Source: Verrucomicrobiota bacterium (GTDB taxonomy: Bacteria; Verrucomicrobiota; Verrucomicrobiia; Limisphaerales; AAA164-E04). Taken from it: a stretch of 64,000 bases of DNA. The notes beneath the pieces were generated by a model. It was given only the letters and a program-made list of their open reading frames with translations, was not told the DNA's origin and made no database searches. The translations under genes and the position numbers were made by a program. The DNA lies in contig CP170459.1 of NCBI GenBank assembly GCA_047947115.1, positions 1,600,001-1,664,000 of the forward strand. The letters are read 5' to 3'. Below, piece by piece: positions 18,111 to 28,608 of the stretch. How positions within the stretch are numbered: the first letter of the stretch is position 1; each line of letters starts with the position of its first letter.

Positions 18111-20186
18111 ATGAAACGTTTCTTCTTATTAAGCCTCATGTTGGCACTCAGTTTGTCTGTGCAGGGGCAGGCTTTTTTCACCTGGACGGCCGCTGATGGT
18201 GACTTTTACACGGGTTCCAATTGGGATCAAAATCGCATTCCGGGTGTGAACGATGTCGTCATCATCAACAACGGAGGAACAGCCACGATCGCCGCCAACG
18301 CAGGCAATCGGGAGTTGAGTAGCTTCGAACTGGGTGAGTTGGAGGACAGCGATGACTCGGGTCATATCATCATGAACGGTGGATTCTTCCGCATAGGTGA
18401 AAGTCCTGGCGACTCCAAGATCCACATCGGTGAAGGAAACATCCAGTCCACATTCGTCATGAATGGCGGAACCATCTTATTTGATGGTCCCGATGACCCA
18501 ACTCTTGCGGGGTCACGCAGCAGCGCCGGTGTGAACGAAAACGACTGGGAAGTCGGTGAGCATGGTGTCGGACGCTTTGAAATGCACGGTGATTCGGTTT
18601 TCCGTGCAGGCGATGACTTGAAAATCTCCGAAAATGCCGCGGGCACGGGTTCTGTATTGATTGATGGAAACGCCAGGCTTTCTGTGGGGAGTGGTATCGC
18701 CGTGTCCAGCGGCGGCACAAGCGTTCAGGAACTGATCATCGGTGGTAACGCTGTTGTTGATTCCGGAAACAGCATGGGCGCAGGTAGTCCGGATGGTCAT
18801 ACCGATGAAGGATACCTGACACTTGCCATCGGCGGAGGTAACGCCAAAGTGGTTGTGCAGGACAGCGGAACGTTGAACTTTCGGGTGCTGTCCTCCCGTC
18901 AAGGTGTCACAGAATTCACGGTCAAAGACAACGGACAAGTCCACATCTTTGACGTGATGGCCGGTGCCGGTGGCAGCGCGGAAGAACGTCCCGTTCAGGA
19001 AGGCGGTTTCCGCAGTTCGCTCTCCTCGGGTCCGGAAACCGAAAGCACTCTGTTGCTTCAAGACAATGCTGTCATGACCGTGAACGCCGAAAACGGCATT
19101 GGCATTAGCGGTCCTCGTGGAGCTGCCGACGCGGGAGGTCAGGCGATTATGATCGTGCGTGACTCTGCCTCCTTCCGGGTGGAACAGTATTTTGCACTGG
19201 GAACAGGCACCCAGTCGGAAACCTCTGACGGCACCTTGGAACTCCGTGGCCCTGATGCCTCCGTTTACATCGGAGAAAACTTCAACATGGCCGTGGACCC
19301 CGAGGGTGTCATTCCGACCACCGACGCCGCCAATGAGGACGGAACTCCGGTTCCTGCCAAATCCACGCTCAGCGCTGTGATTACCAGCTCCGCCCATGGG
19401 ACAGTGGAAGTCGGCGGCATCGCCCGCATCGCACAAGGTATATTGAAAGTCAGCCTGGACGGTTATACTCCAAGAGGCGGCGAGACTTACACGCTGATTC
19501 AAGGTGGCACCGTTGAGGGCGAATTCCGTGAGCTGGATTTTTCAGGCGCTGAACTTGCCGAAGGGCTTTCCTGGGAAGTGCAATATGCAGCCGATAAAGT
19601 CACTTTGCTTGTGGATGGGCAGTCCTCCGTGGGCGGCACGACTACTTTGTCGATCGATGCAGACGGAGATCAGTTGACCCTTTCATGGGAAGATGGCGGA
19701 ACCCTTCATGGAGCATCCTCCATTAAAGGCCCATGGACTGCCATTGATGGCGCTACCAGCCCACATTCTATTACCACCGGCAATGCCTCAGGTTTCTATC
19801 GAGTGGGGCAGGGTGGCCAGACAGTGTCCGTTGTCTTGAGCGGCGCACAGGAAGTTCCAGCTGTAGCATCTGGTGGCACAGGCTCGGGAACACTCACAGT
19901 GAATGGAACCACACTGAGTATCCATATCAAATACTCGGGATTGGGATCGAACTTTGCGGCGGCACACATCCATGGCCCTGCTGAACGGGGAGCCAACGCC
20001 GGAGTGCTCGTTCCTTTGAGCACCCCTGAATTGCACACCGCAGACGGAAACACAGCCGGAACATTTTCAGGAACTGTGGAGATATCCGCCGAAACAGCAG
20101 CCGCCATTTTGGAAGGCCGCGCGTATCTGAACATTCACACCTCAGGGAATGGCACCGGTGAAATACGTGGCCAAACGATGCCTTGA
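18111..20186 (+). CDS. Secreted beta-strand-repeat (passenger-like) protein with an FYRV module and a C-terminal CHRD domain
   Basis: Signal peptide; Gly-rich beta repeats; LSGAQEVP...AAHIHGPA...YLNIHT...GEIRGQ is the CHRD signature. Confidence 0.8.
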   Translation: MKRFFLLSLMLALSLSVQGQAFFTWTAADGDFYTGSNWDQNRIPGVNDVVIINNGGTATIAANAGNRELSSFELGELEDSDDSGHIIMNGGFFRIGESPGDSKIHIGEGNIQSTFVMNGGTILFDGPDDPTLAGSRSSAGVNENDWEVGEHGVGRFEMHGDSVFRAGDDLKISENAAGTGSVLIDGNARLSVGSGIAVSSGGTSVQELIIGGNAVVDSGNSMGAGSPDGHTDEGYLTLAIGGGNAKVVVQDSGTLNFRVLSSRQGVTEFTVKDNGQVHIFDVMAGAGGSAEERPVQEGGFRSSLSSGPETESTLLLQDNAVMTVNAENGIGISGPRGAADAGGQAIMIVRDSASFRVEQYFALGTGTQSETSDGTLELRGPDASVYIGENFNMAVDPEGVIPTTDAANEDGTPVPAKSTLSAVITSSAHGTVEVGGIARIAQGILKVSLDGYTPRGGETYTLIQGGTVEGEFRELDFSGAELAEGLSWEVQYAADKVTLLVDGQSSVGGTTTLSIDADGDQLTLSWEDGGTLHGASSIKGPWTAIDGATSPHSITTGNASGFYRVGQGGQTVSVVLSGAQEVPAVASGGTGSGTLTVNGTTLSIHIKYSGLGSNFAAAHIHGPAERGANAGVLVPLSTPELHTADGNTAGTFSGTVEISAETAAAILEGRAYLNIHTSGNGTGEIRGQTMP

Positions 20187-20211
20187 GCAAACGATTCCAA
20201 TAACGATGACC

Positions 20212-20245
20212 AAAGCGCTTCACCTTCACTGGTGAAGCGCTTTTT
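20212..20245 (+). terminator. Intrinsic terminator
   Basis: AAAGCGCTTCACC-loop-GGTGAAGCGCTTTTT. Confidence 0.85.
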
Positions 20246-20254
20246 CATTTTAGA

Positions 20255-20685
20255 TCACGAGGGTTTATAAGATGTTGAAGTTTTTCTTTCATTTTTACTA
20301 TGGAGAGGGATTCCGCCCATTGATTGAGTGGATAGGATTGTGAGCCGGGATGGACGATAAACACATGTTTTAATTTCAAGTCCTCCTTGGCCCCGTTTAG
20401 TGACTTTGTCACGCTGGGGGGCGTCGGTGTATTTGAATTCCAGCCCGTAGCGATTTCCGTTGATGAAGAGCATCAGGTCCAGTTTCGCGCCGTCATGGGG
20501 TCTTCGAGGCGTCTGAAGTCGGCTGGTGATTCCAGGTCAAAGTATTCTGCGTTGCGTCCTTTGACGAATTGCCAGGCAAGTGTTGTCTTGCCACACTGAC
20601 ATGGGCCAAGAAGCAGCAACACCGGATTCGTCCGAAAACGGGATTGAATTCGATCCGACAGTTCGGGACGATCGATTAGCTTCAT
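20255..20685 (-). pseudogene. Remnant of an AAA+ ATPase with DUF4143-type C-terminus
   Basis: N-terminus with Walker A (LLGPCQCGKTTLA...FDLESP) jumps by frameshift into C-terminal KLDLML...GLEFK.TDAP; second frameshift in a C6 run; the central region is missing. Confidence 0.75.
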
Positions 20686-20791
20686 TCTTGCAAACAGAAC
20701 AAGCAATGTTCCATTTGCAAGGAATAATCGTTAGCTCTATTTGGGAGATTAAAGCAGATTGTTATTGTAATAGGCACATAATAAATGTGTT

Positions 20792-21601
20792 TTAGATAGA
20801 GCAAAGCTCTTTCATCCGCTCCAACCCAACTTTGATGACTTCCTTGGGATCTTTTGCCCAAAGGTCCTGGTTGAAGAGTTCGAGGCTCATGGCTCCCTGG
20901 TAGCCTTTTTCCCGGAGGATTTGGATTTCGGCTTTGAGGTCGATGACGCCGTCGCCGATCATGACGCGGTCCGGATCGGTCTGGGTGAGGGAGGGTTTGT
21001 CGGGATGGGCATCGTCGATGTGGTAGTGGCTGATTTTTTCCACCGGGATCGCTCTAAGTTCATCCATGGTGGAACCGCTGTTCCAGTTGTGAAAAGCATC
21101 AAGAATCAGGGTCGCATCCGGATGGTTTGTCTTTTGGACGATGTCCCAAGCTTGGGAGAGTTTGTGAATGGATTTGAAAAAGCTGATGTATTCGAAGGTT
21201 GGTTTGATGCCTGTTTGGCGTCCAATTTCAAGTAGGTCGGCATATCTTTCGGGCAACCTGGAAACGTCGCAAGGTTCGATGGGGGGGGTGGCCACGATGT
21301 AGGGGGCTCCGATGCGGGCGCCGAGTTCGAAGCGGCGTTTGGCTTCGTCGAGCACGAGTTTGTATTCCCATCCCTCCATTTCGCCCCATTGACGAATGGC
21401 TATGCAACTGGGGACAATAAGACCGTAATCTTTCAAGGCTTTTTCGACATCGGAAATCTCACCGCCCTGGCCAACGTGTTCGTAGAGATCATTGATCCAT
21501 AGTTCGACGCCATCATAGCCAACTTCACCGGCGAGTTGGATTTTCTTGAGCAAGGGTTGGGGTTTGATCGTGCTGGTGTTGAGACAAAGTTTTGGGTTCA
21601 T
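20792..21601 (-). CDS. Sugar phosphate isomerase/epimerase (xylose isomerase-like TIM barrel)
   Basis: GYDGVELW, LILDAFH, HYHIDD, GDGVID, SLELF. Confidence 0.85.
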   Translation of the reverse strand: MNPKLCLNTSTIKPQPLLKKIQLAGEVGYDGVELWINDLYEHVGQGGEISDVEKALKDYGLIVPSCIAIRQWGEMEGWEYKLVLDEAKRRFELGARIGAPYIVATPPIEPCDVSRLPERYADLLEIGRQTGIKPTFEYISFFKSIHKLSQAWDIVQKTNHPDATLILDAFHNWNSGSTMDELRAIPVEKISHYHIDDAHPDKPSLTQTDPDRVMIGDGVIDLKAEIQILREKGYQGAMSLELFNQDLWAKDPKEVIKVGLERMKELCSI

Positions 21602-21637
21602 GAGTTTTTGGTATTTATTTGAAAATAGGATTGCCAG

Positions 21638-21871
21638 GTAGGGTCTCCCGACAAGTCGGGACTGCGGGGCCGAGAGCGCGTTGGAAATGTGTGGAAGCCT
21701 GCTGCGAGTGCGGACACGTCGGCAGACGCGCGGCAGCGCATCCCTACCAAGCCAGGGGCTGTCGCCTCCGGTAGGGCCCCGCTGCTGCGGGGCCGAGAGC
21801 GCGTTGGAAATGTGGGGAAGTCTGCTGCGAGTGCGGACACGTCGGCGGACGCGCGGCAGCGCGTCCCTACC
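21638..21871. repeat. Second REP/BIME-like array, same family, opposite orientation, period 123 bp
   Basis: GTAG-GGCCCCGC-TGCT-GCGGGGCC and GGACGCGC-GGCA-GCGCGTCC-CTAC; identical segments recur at 21662 and 21785. Confidence 0.85.
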
Positions 21872-21928
21872 ATGCGAGAGTGTTGATCAGTGAGGATATT
21901 GATTTTTCCTAAAATCATTTCAACACGA

Positions 21929-23347
21929 TCAAAACGGCCCCAACCGTGGCGGCATGGGGTCCATGGTGAAAACGCTGGTGTCGAAGCACCATTGGAGCAG
22001 GCGCATCTTGCGGTCCTTTTCATCCGGGCGATCCCACAGGTTTTCGAATTCATCGGGATCGTTTTCCAGGTTATAAATTTCTCCCTCATTGGTCCCGTGA
22101 TATACCACGATCTTTTCTGTTTTGGAACGTAGCATGGTGCCATAGGCATGACGATGGGTCCAGGCGTTGTAGTATTCACTGAATACGAAGTCACGATGAT
22201 GGTCGGGATCTGATTCACCGCGGCAGATGCTGGTCAGGCTTTTTCCCTGGAATCCTTCGTAAACTGGAATGCCCGCCGCTTCGCAAAAAGTGGGGGCAAG
22301 ATCCAGCAGTTCGATCAGTCCGCCGCATCGAATGCCGGACTTGTACCCTTCCGGCCAATGGAGCACGAGAGGGACTCGCAGTGCTTCTTCATAAAAATGC
22401 GGTCCTTTCAGGTAAAGGCCATGGTCGCCCAGCATTTCACCATGATCGGACATGAAAATCAGCAGCGTGTTCGCCAGTTGACCGGTCGTTTCCAGAGCTT
22501 CGATGATGCGGCCGAGTTGGTCGTCGATCAAGGTCACCATGGCGTAATAAGCCGCAGTGACCTGTCGCCGGTCGTCATCGGTCATGGCTTCGAGATCAAA
22601 ATATCCTGGTTCGTTGTGGGCCCATCGGTGGTCGAGTTTTTGGTAAGTGGATTTGTTGTTCCACTCTCCTTCCTTGATCTTGGGCAAGAGCATGTCGGCC
22701 GGATTGTAGCGTTTCATGTAATCCGCCGGAGGATCGAAGGGGTGGTGCGGATCAAAACAGTTGAAGCTGAAAAACCACGGCTCGTCCTGATGGTTCTGAA
22801 TGAACTCGATGGTTTTTTCAGCGCACCAAGTTGTCTGGTGAAACTCAGCAGGGACACCCTCTTTGACGTAAGGAGTCCCCGGACCTTGATAAAGCGCATC
22901 CCAAGTTTTCCCCTTTGAGGTCAGCCACTGAGTGTAGGCGTTTTCGGGCCAATCCGGTTGGGGGTGGTGCGACCAGTCGAAGACGGTATAACCGTCATCG
23001 ATTCGCTGCTCAACACGTCCTTTGGCGCAACTGGAAAGGTGCAGTTTACCTGCCAAACCGCAGGTGTAACCGTGATCTGCGAAGATGCGGCTCAGTAAGC
23101 GTTCGTCCTTGGGGATTTGTTGTCCGTTTTGTCGGCAGCGTGTCGTGCGTGCGTAACGTCCGGTTAGGAATGAAGCACGGCTGGGCGTGCAGACCGGGCT
23201 TTGGCAGTAGGCGCGTGTAAATGCGACTCCGTCTCGAATCAATCGATCAGTGTGCGGCGTGTGGATACGGTGGTTGCCGAGTGCACGCACCGTGTCGTAA
23301 CGCTGCTGGTCGGTGCAGATCCAGAGGATATTTGGACGTTCCGCCAT
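21929..23347 (-). CDS. Formylglycine-dependent sulfatase (cytoplasmic)
   Basis: PNILWICTDQQR, CTPSRAS (CxPxR), GKLH, SDHGEMLGDHG; no signal peptide. Confidence 0.93.
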   Translation of the reverse strand: MAERPNILWICTDQQRYDTVRALGNHRIHTPHTDRLIRDGVAFTRAYCQSPVCTPSRASFLTGRYARTTRCRQNGQQIPKDERLLSRIFADHGYTCGLAGKLHLSSCAKGRVEQRIDDGYTVFDWSHHPQPDWPENAYTQWLTSKGKTWDALYQGPGTPYVKEGVPAEFHQTTWCAEKTIEFIQNHQDEPWFFSFNCFDPHHPFDPPADYMKRYNPADMLLPKIKEGEWNNKSTYQKLDHRWAHNEPGYFDLEAMTDDDRRQVTAAYYAMVTLIDDQLGRIIEALETTGQLANTLLIFMSDHGEMLGDHGLYLKGPHFYEEALRVPLVLHWPEGYKSGIRCGGLIELLDLAPTFCEAAGIPVYEGFQGKSLTSICRGESDPDHHRDFVFSEYYNAWTHRHAYGTMLRSKTEKIVVYHGTNEGEIYNLENDPDEFENLWDRPDEKDRKMRLLQWCFDTSVFTMDPMPPRLGPF

Positions 23348-23362
23348 ATTGAGAGAACCGTC

Positions 23363-24343
23363 TTAAGAATTTGGGAAACTAACCATTCGAATCTCATGCG
23401 CACCGTCGGCCCGCGCGTATTCGTAATAATACCTCAGTTCGTTTTCAAGTTGCAGCGGGTGCAGGTATCGGAGTGATCCACTAGCGTGCGGTGAAGTTAG
23501 ATAAGGTCCGTCAGGTGTGATACGATGCCATTGCTTGAGGTCGAGGCTAATGGCCAGCCCGGTTTTTTCTTCATAGTTTTCCGTGTGGCTGGGGCCACCG
23601 TCGTAGAAGCCCAGATACACAGGCGGGAGTACCTGAACAGATCCCAGGCGTGCGGCGTGACAATCCCATCCGGATTCACGCGGGGCGAAAACGTCACCCA
23701 ACCATTCGAAATGGACACCGTCATCACTCACGGCCAAGGCGGACGAAGATTTGGAAAGGCCGGTGTTGTAGATGTCGGATGTTGCGTGCATTTGCTGACG
23801 TTCTTCCTCATTGACAGAAGTGTTGCCGGGGGCGTAGCTGAGGAACATATAGATTTTGCCGTCAACTTCCATTACGAAAGGGTCCTTGACGCCTTCGCAC
23901 TGGGTTTGTTCGGCGGTCAGGATCGGTATGCGTTGGTTGATGTCAAAGTTGGAAGGATGATCCGCTTCGAGTAAATCGACCCGCCAGCGTTGGTCTGCCG
24001 GATCGACGTAGCTGAGATACATGCGCCAACGTCCGTCCTTGGTTTTGAACAGGCTGGCCTTTTCGATGGAATCGGTATTGAGTTCGTCTTTGGTGGTTTT
24101 CCAGATCGTTTCGAACTGAATGCCATCCTTGCTTTGGGCGACGAAACATTTGCCGCCGCGAATGGGGCGTGGTTCACGCGCTCGGTAGTAGAGGTAGTAG
24201 GTTTGATCCGATGGATCGAACACCACGCTGCAAGCTCCCACCCAGAAACCTTCGCCTTCACCCAGCGGTTCCACGACGACTGTTCCCCGTTCGGGATCGA
24301 ACGGCTTCAGGCCTTCCCAATAATTCAACGATTGTAAGCTCAT
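23363..24343 (-). CDS. Five-bladed beta-propeller glycoside hydrolase-like protein
   Basis: Repeated S.DG..F/W Asp-box-like turns, GVKDP, TGLAIS.DL..W; likely start MSLQSL at 24343. Confidence 0.65.
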   Translation of the reverse strand: MSLQSLNYWEGLKPFDPERGTVVVEPLGEGEGFWVGACSVVFDPSDQTYYLYYRAREPRPIRGGKCFVAQSKDGIQFETIWKTTKDELNTDSIEKASLFKTKDGRWRMYLSYVDPADQRWRVDLLEADHPSNFDINQRIPILTAEQTQCEGVKDPFVMEVDGKIYMFLSYAPGNTSVNEEERQQMHATSDIYNTGLSKSSSALAVSDDGVHFEWLGDVFAPRESGWDCHAARLGSVQVLPPVYLGFYDGGPSHTENYEEKTGLAISLDLKQWHRITPDGPYLTSPHASGSLRYLHPLQLENELRYYYEYARADGAHEIRMVSFPNS

Positions 24344-24852
24344 AGGATGTGTCTTTTTAAGCCCAATCGACAATGATTCCAATGGAAAAAGAAGTAGGTG
24401 AATCAGGGAGGGGAGATGTGGTTCGCAGGTAGATCGGATCGATCCGTCCGTAATCGATGGTGATGCGGGGTGTGGGGTGTGGGGTGCCGTGAGGTTTTCC
24501 ATTGAACGTAGAAATGCAAGGGAGTTGAGCCACAAGGCTTGCGCACCGGTGACGACACGCAATAAATCATGTAGGTGGCGGATGGGTTCTTCCATCCGGC
24601 CGTTTTGAGCCAGTTCGATGATGATTTGAGCGCTCTTTTGGGTATTGGGATTGGTGTGCTTTATGTGCGCAAGTCGGGTTCAAAAACTAACTATACCCCC
24701 ATACGTATCCAAGAGGTGCAATAGGGTGGGTTGAGGCGTAATGGCATTCGAATATCCAAACGTTTCCCTTCCGTATCCAGAGTGGTAACGACTTACCGCA
24801 GTCCGGATTTGCGCTAGATTCAGGCTGAGGTTTCTGAACTCCAGAATGGTTT

Positions 24853-27144
24853 CTACCGTTTCTGATGTTTTTCTGCTTTGGAAAGTGCCTGCGAGAACCA
24901 GTCGTTTCCGATGGCTTGATTTTGCATTGGCCGGGGAGGTGCCGTTTCGCGTCCTTGTGGTTTTCTGTCCGAGGGACGTGAGGAGCGCGATGTGGAAACC
25001 ATTTCCGGATTGGATTTCATGGAGAGGGCGATGCGTTTGCGGGCCAGATCGACTTCGAGGACGGTGACGTTGACCTTTTGGGCGACTTTGACCACGTCAG
25101 CGGGATCTTTGACAAATTGATCCGACAAATGGCTGATGTGTACGAGTCCGTCCTGGTGCACGCCGACATCCACGAAGGCGCCAAAAGCAGTCACATTCGT
25201 GACGATGCCGGGAAGTTTCATACCGGGTTTGAGGTCTTCGGGTTTTTCGATGCCATCCTGGAATTCGACTGCTTCGAACTGGCTGCGTGGGTCGCGTCCG
25301 GGCTTGGCGAGTTCCTGCATGATGTCGGTCAACGTGGGCATGCCGACGTCTTCGGTCTGGTATTGTTCCAGTCGAATTTGCTGGCGCAGCATGGGATCTT
25401 TCATCAGGTCGTTGACCGTGCATTTCAAGTCGCCGGCCATGGCTTTAACGACGTCGTATCGTTCCGGGTGAACGGAACTGGCATCGAGCGGGTTTTTGGC
25501 GTCTCGGATGCGGAGGAATCCGGCGGATTGTTCGAATGCTTTGGGACCAAGGCGCGCTACTTTTTTCAGTTCGGCACGTGATTTAAAGGGACCGTTTTCG
25601 TCACGGTGTTTCACGATGTTTTCGGCCAACTGTGGTCCAAGACCTGAAACGTAACTCAGTAACTGCCGACTTGCGGTGTTCACTTCGACGCCTACTTTGT
25701 TCACACAACTGAGCACCACATCGTCGAGCGAATGCCTCAAAGCGTTTTGGTCGACGTCGTGTTGGTATTGGCCGACGCCGATGGATTTGGGATCGATTTT
25801 GACCAATTCCGCCAGGGGATCCATCAGGCGGCGTCCGATGGAAACCGCTCCGCGCACGGTCAAATCATAATCCGCAAATTCTTCGCGAGCGGCAGCCGAA
25901 GCGCTGTAAACCGAGGCACCGCTTTCATTAACCATGACGATGGGGATGGTTTTGGGCAGTTGGAGTTGTTTGAAAAATTGTTCTGTTTCACGGCTGGCGG
26001 TTCCGTTCCCGATTGCGATGGCCTGGAGTTTGAATTCTTTGATCAGGACCATGACCTTGCGGACAGCGTCCATGCGTTCGCGTTCCGAGGCGGTCAGGTA
26101 GATGACGTCGTGATGGAGTAGTTTGCCTTGAGCGCTCAGTGCGACGGTCTTGCATCCAGTACGATAGCCGGGGTCAATCGCGAGCACGGCCCGTTCGCCC
26201 AGAGGGGAAGCCAGCAACAGTTCGCGTAAGTTTTCGGCAAAGACGGTGATGGCTTGTTCGTCGGCCAGTTTTTTGGATTCCAACCGCATTTCGGTTTCGA
26301 TGGAGGGTCCCAGCAGGCGCTTGTAGGCATCGTTTACCGCAGTTCGAACCTGTTCGCCGGCGGGGCTGTTATTTTGGACAAAATCCCGTTCCAGACGTTG
26401 AGTGGCTTCTTCCTCTTCCGGATGGATGCGCAGGATCAGGATGCCCTCGGTTTCGCCGCGGCGCATGGCGAGCAGGCGATGGGAAGGCACTTTCGAGAGA
26501 GGTTCGGTCCAGTCGAAGTAGTCGCGGTATTTCTGACCTTCCTCCTCTTTACCGGAAAGCACGCGGCATCGGACCAGGGCTTTGGATCGGTAAAGTTGTC
26601 GGGTTTGCTCGCGGGCGGTGGCGTCTTCGGAAACCCATTCTGCGATGATGTCGCGCGCTCCGGCCAGGGCTTTATCAGTGTCGGTGATTTCTTTTTCTGG
26701 ATTGATGAATTCTTTTGCAGCTTCAAACACATCAAAGGAACCCTGATCGAACAATTTGGTGGCCAACGGTTCGAGTCCGGCTTCGCGGGCGATGGTGGCA
26801 CGGGTGCGGCGTTTGGGGCGGTAGGGGAGGTAGAGATCCTCGAGTTTGCTGAGTGTTTCGGCTTTGAGGATGGACGACCTGAGCTCGTCGGTCAGCAGGT
26901 TGCGTTCATCCAGCGATTTGAGGATGGCGTCGCGTCTTTGATCGAGTTCGACCAATTGTTGCATGCGGTCGCGGATGTTGGTGACGGCTACTTCGTCCAG
27001 CATGCCGGTGGCTTCTTTGCGATATCGGGCGATGAAGGGTACGGTGGCGCCTTCGGAAATCAGTTTGGCCGTGGCGGATACCTGGGCGACGGTCAGGTTC
27101 AGTTCCTTGCTGATGGTTTCGATATAGTTTGTTGCGTTCGTCAT
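24853..27144 (-). CDS. tex: Tex-family RNA-binding transcription accessory protein
   Basis: GATVPFIARYRKEATG, IDPGYRTGCK, SIGVGQYQHDV, C-terminal S1 domain. Confidence 0.95.
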   Translation of the reverse strand: MTNATNYIETISKELNLTVAQVSATAKLISEGATVPFIARYRKEATGMLDEVAVTNIRDRMQQLVELDQRRDAILKSLDERNLLTDELRSSILKAETLSKLEDLYLPYRPKRRTRATIAREAGLEPLATKLFDQGSFDVFEAAKEFINPEKEITDTDKALAGARDIIAEWVSEDATAREQTRQLYRSKALVRCRVLSGKEEEGQKYRDYFDWTEPLSKVPSHRLLAMRRGETEGILILRIHPEEEEATQRLERDFVQNNSPAGEQVRTAVNDAYKRLLGPSIETEMRLESKKLADEQAITVFAENLRELLLASPLGERAVLAIDPGYRTGCKTVALSAQGKLLHHDVIYLTASERERMDAVRKVMVLIKEFKLQAIAIGNGTASRETEQFFKQLQLPKTIPIVMVNESGASVYSASAAAREEFADYDLTVRGAVSIGRRLMDPLAELVKIDPKSIGVGQYQHDVDQNALRHSLDDVVLSCVNKVGVEVNTASRQLLSYVSGLGPQLAENIVKHRDENGPFKSRAELKKVARLGPKAFEQSAGFLRIRDAKNPLDASSVHPERYDVVKAMAGDLKCTVNDLMKDPMLRQQIRLEQYQTEDVGMPTLTDIMQELAKPGRDPRSQFEAVEFQDGIEKPEDLKPGMKLPGIVTNVTAFGAFVDVGVHQDGLVHISHLSDQFVKDPADVVKVAQKVNVTVLEVDLARKRIALSMKSNPEMVSTSRSSRPSDRKPQGRETAPPRPMQNQAIGNDWFSQALSKAEKHQKR

Positions 27145-27380
27145 GTGCGAAAATCCTTCTTTGGCGAGGCAGGATGTAAATGGATTGTGCGGCGGGTGAC
27201 AATCACATTTCAGGTTTTTTTAGACAGTCACCGCCGTTGCGGGATCTGCGAGATATGCAGGATGGGTCCTGGTGTGCGCTGGTATTCTGGGTTCCTTGGA
27301 TGCTGTTTGAGGTTGGGTAGACTGAGTCATCAGGAAAAACTTTGTTTCGGGAGGTGTCCTGGCGTATACCTTCGTGCCGC

Positions 27381-28544
27381 ATGTTTGAATTGTTGAAGAC
27401 AGATACCACCAGTAAAGCGCGCCGAGGTCGTTTGACCACAGCGCATGGGGTGATCGAAACGCCGGTGTTCATGCCTGTGGGGACTCAGGCGAGTGTGAAG
27501 GCTTTGGATCCTCGGGAATTGCTTGAGATGGGGACTCAGATTCTGCTGGGTAATACCTATCACCTGGCCTTGCGTCCGGGCATGGACATCATGAATGAGG
27601 CCGGCGGCTTGCATCGGTTCATGAATTGGGATTTGCCGATTCTCACCGACAGCGGGGGGTTTCAGGTGTTCAGTCTTGCCAAAATTCGCAAAGTGCAACG
27701 CGACGGGGTGGAGTTTCGGTCTCATCTGGATGGTTCGCCGTTGTTCCTGGGTCCCAAAGAAGCCATGGCCATTCAACGACAGATCGGCTCGGACATTGCC
27801 ATGGTGTTTGATCAATGTCCGAACCACGATGCGCCTGAGGGCGAAATGAAGGAAGCGGTGGACCGGACCCTTCGTTGGGCGGAGCTATGTCGGGAGCAGC
27901 CTCGAGCGGAGGGGCAGCAGTATTTCGGGATCGTGCAGGGCGGGAGCAATGCCTCGATGCGCGAGTATTGTGCCAAGGAGTTGTGCAAAATGGATTTTGA
28001 CGGGTATGCCATCGGCGGGGTGAGTGTCGGCGAACCGGAACCCGAAATGATGAAAGCGGTGGAATACACCGAACCTTTCCTGCCTGCCAACAAGGCCCGT
28101 TACGCCATGGGGCTGGGAACGCCTGCCCAATTGGTGGAACTGGTGGCGCGTGGTGTGGATATGTTTGATTGCGTGTTGCCGACAAGGGTGGCTCGCAACG
28201 GAACTGCATTCACCAAGAAGGGAACGATCAGCATCAAGGCAGGGTATGCCAAACGTGACTGGAATCCGATCGAAGAGGATTGCGAGTGCTATGCCTGCCG
28301 TCATTTCACCAAGGCCTATTTACGGCATCTGCTCAATGTGAACGAGATTCTGGGACTGCGGATGCTCAGTGTGCACAACAGTCACATGTTTTTGGAACTG
28401 ATGCGTGATATTCGTTCACATCTGGACAACGGGACATTTGGCGAGTTCAGGAAGGAATTTATCGCCGGATACCAACCAACCCTGAAAGTGTTGGAGCAGC
28501 GGGCCAAACATGCTGCGGCACAGCAGGAATTTCTTTCAAATTAA
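27381..28544 (+). CDS. tgt: tRNA-guanine transglycosylase
   Basis: TPVFMPVGT, TDSGGFQVFSL, DMFDCVLPTR, Zn site CECYAC...H. Confidence 0.97.
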   Translation: MFELLKTDTTSKARRGRLTTAHGVIETPVFMPVGTQASVKALDPRELLEMGTQILLGNTYHLALRPGMDIMNEAGGLHRFMNWDLPILTDSGGFQVFSLAKIRKVQRDGVEFRSHLDGSPLFLGPKEAMAIQRQIGSDIAMVFDQCPNHDAPEGEMKEAVDRTLRWAELCREQPRAEGQQYFGIVQGGSNASMREYCAKELCKMDFDGYAIGGVSVGEPEPEMMKAVEYTEPFLPANKARYAMGLGTPAQLVELVARGVDMFDCVLPTRVARNGTAFTKKGTISIKAGYAKRDWNPIEEDCECYACRHFTKAYLRHLLNVNEILGLRMLSVHNSHMFLELMRDIRSHLDNGTFGEFRKEFIAGYQPTLKVLEQRAKHAAAQQEFLSN

Positions 28545-28608
28545 GCTGAATTAGAAGGTTTGCATCCCGCCAGGTTTAGGGTAGTTTAGCTCCAATTCAA
28601 ATAGCTTT

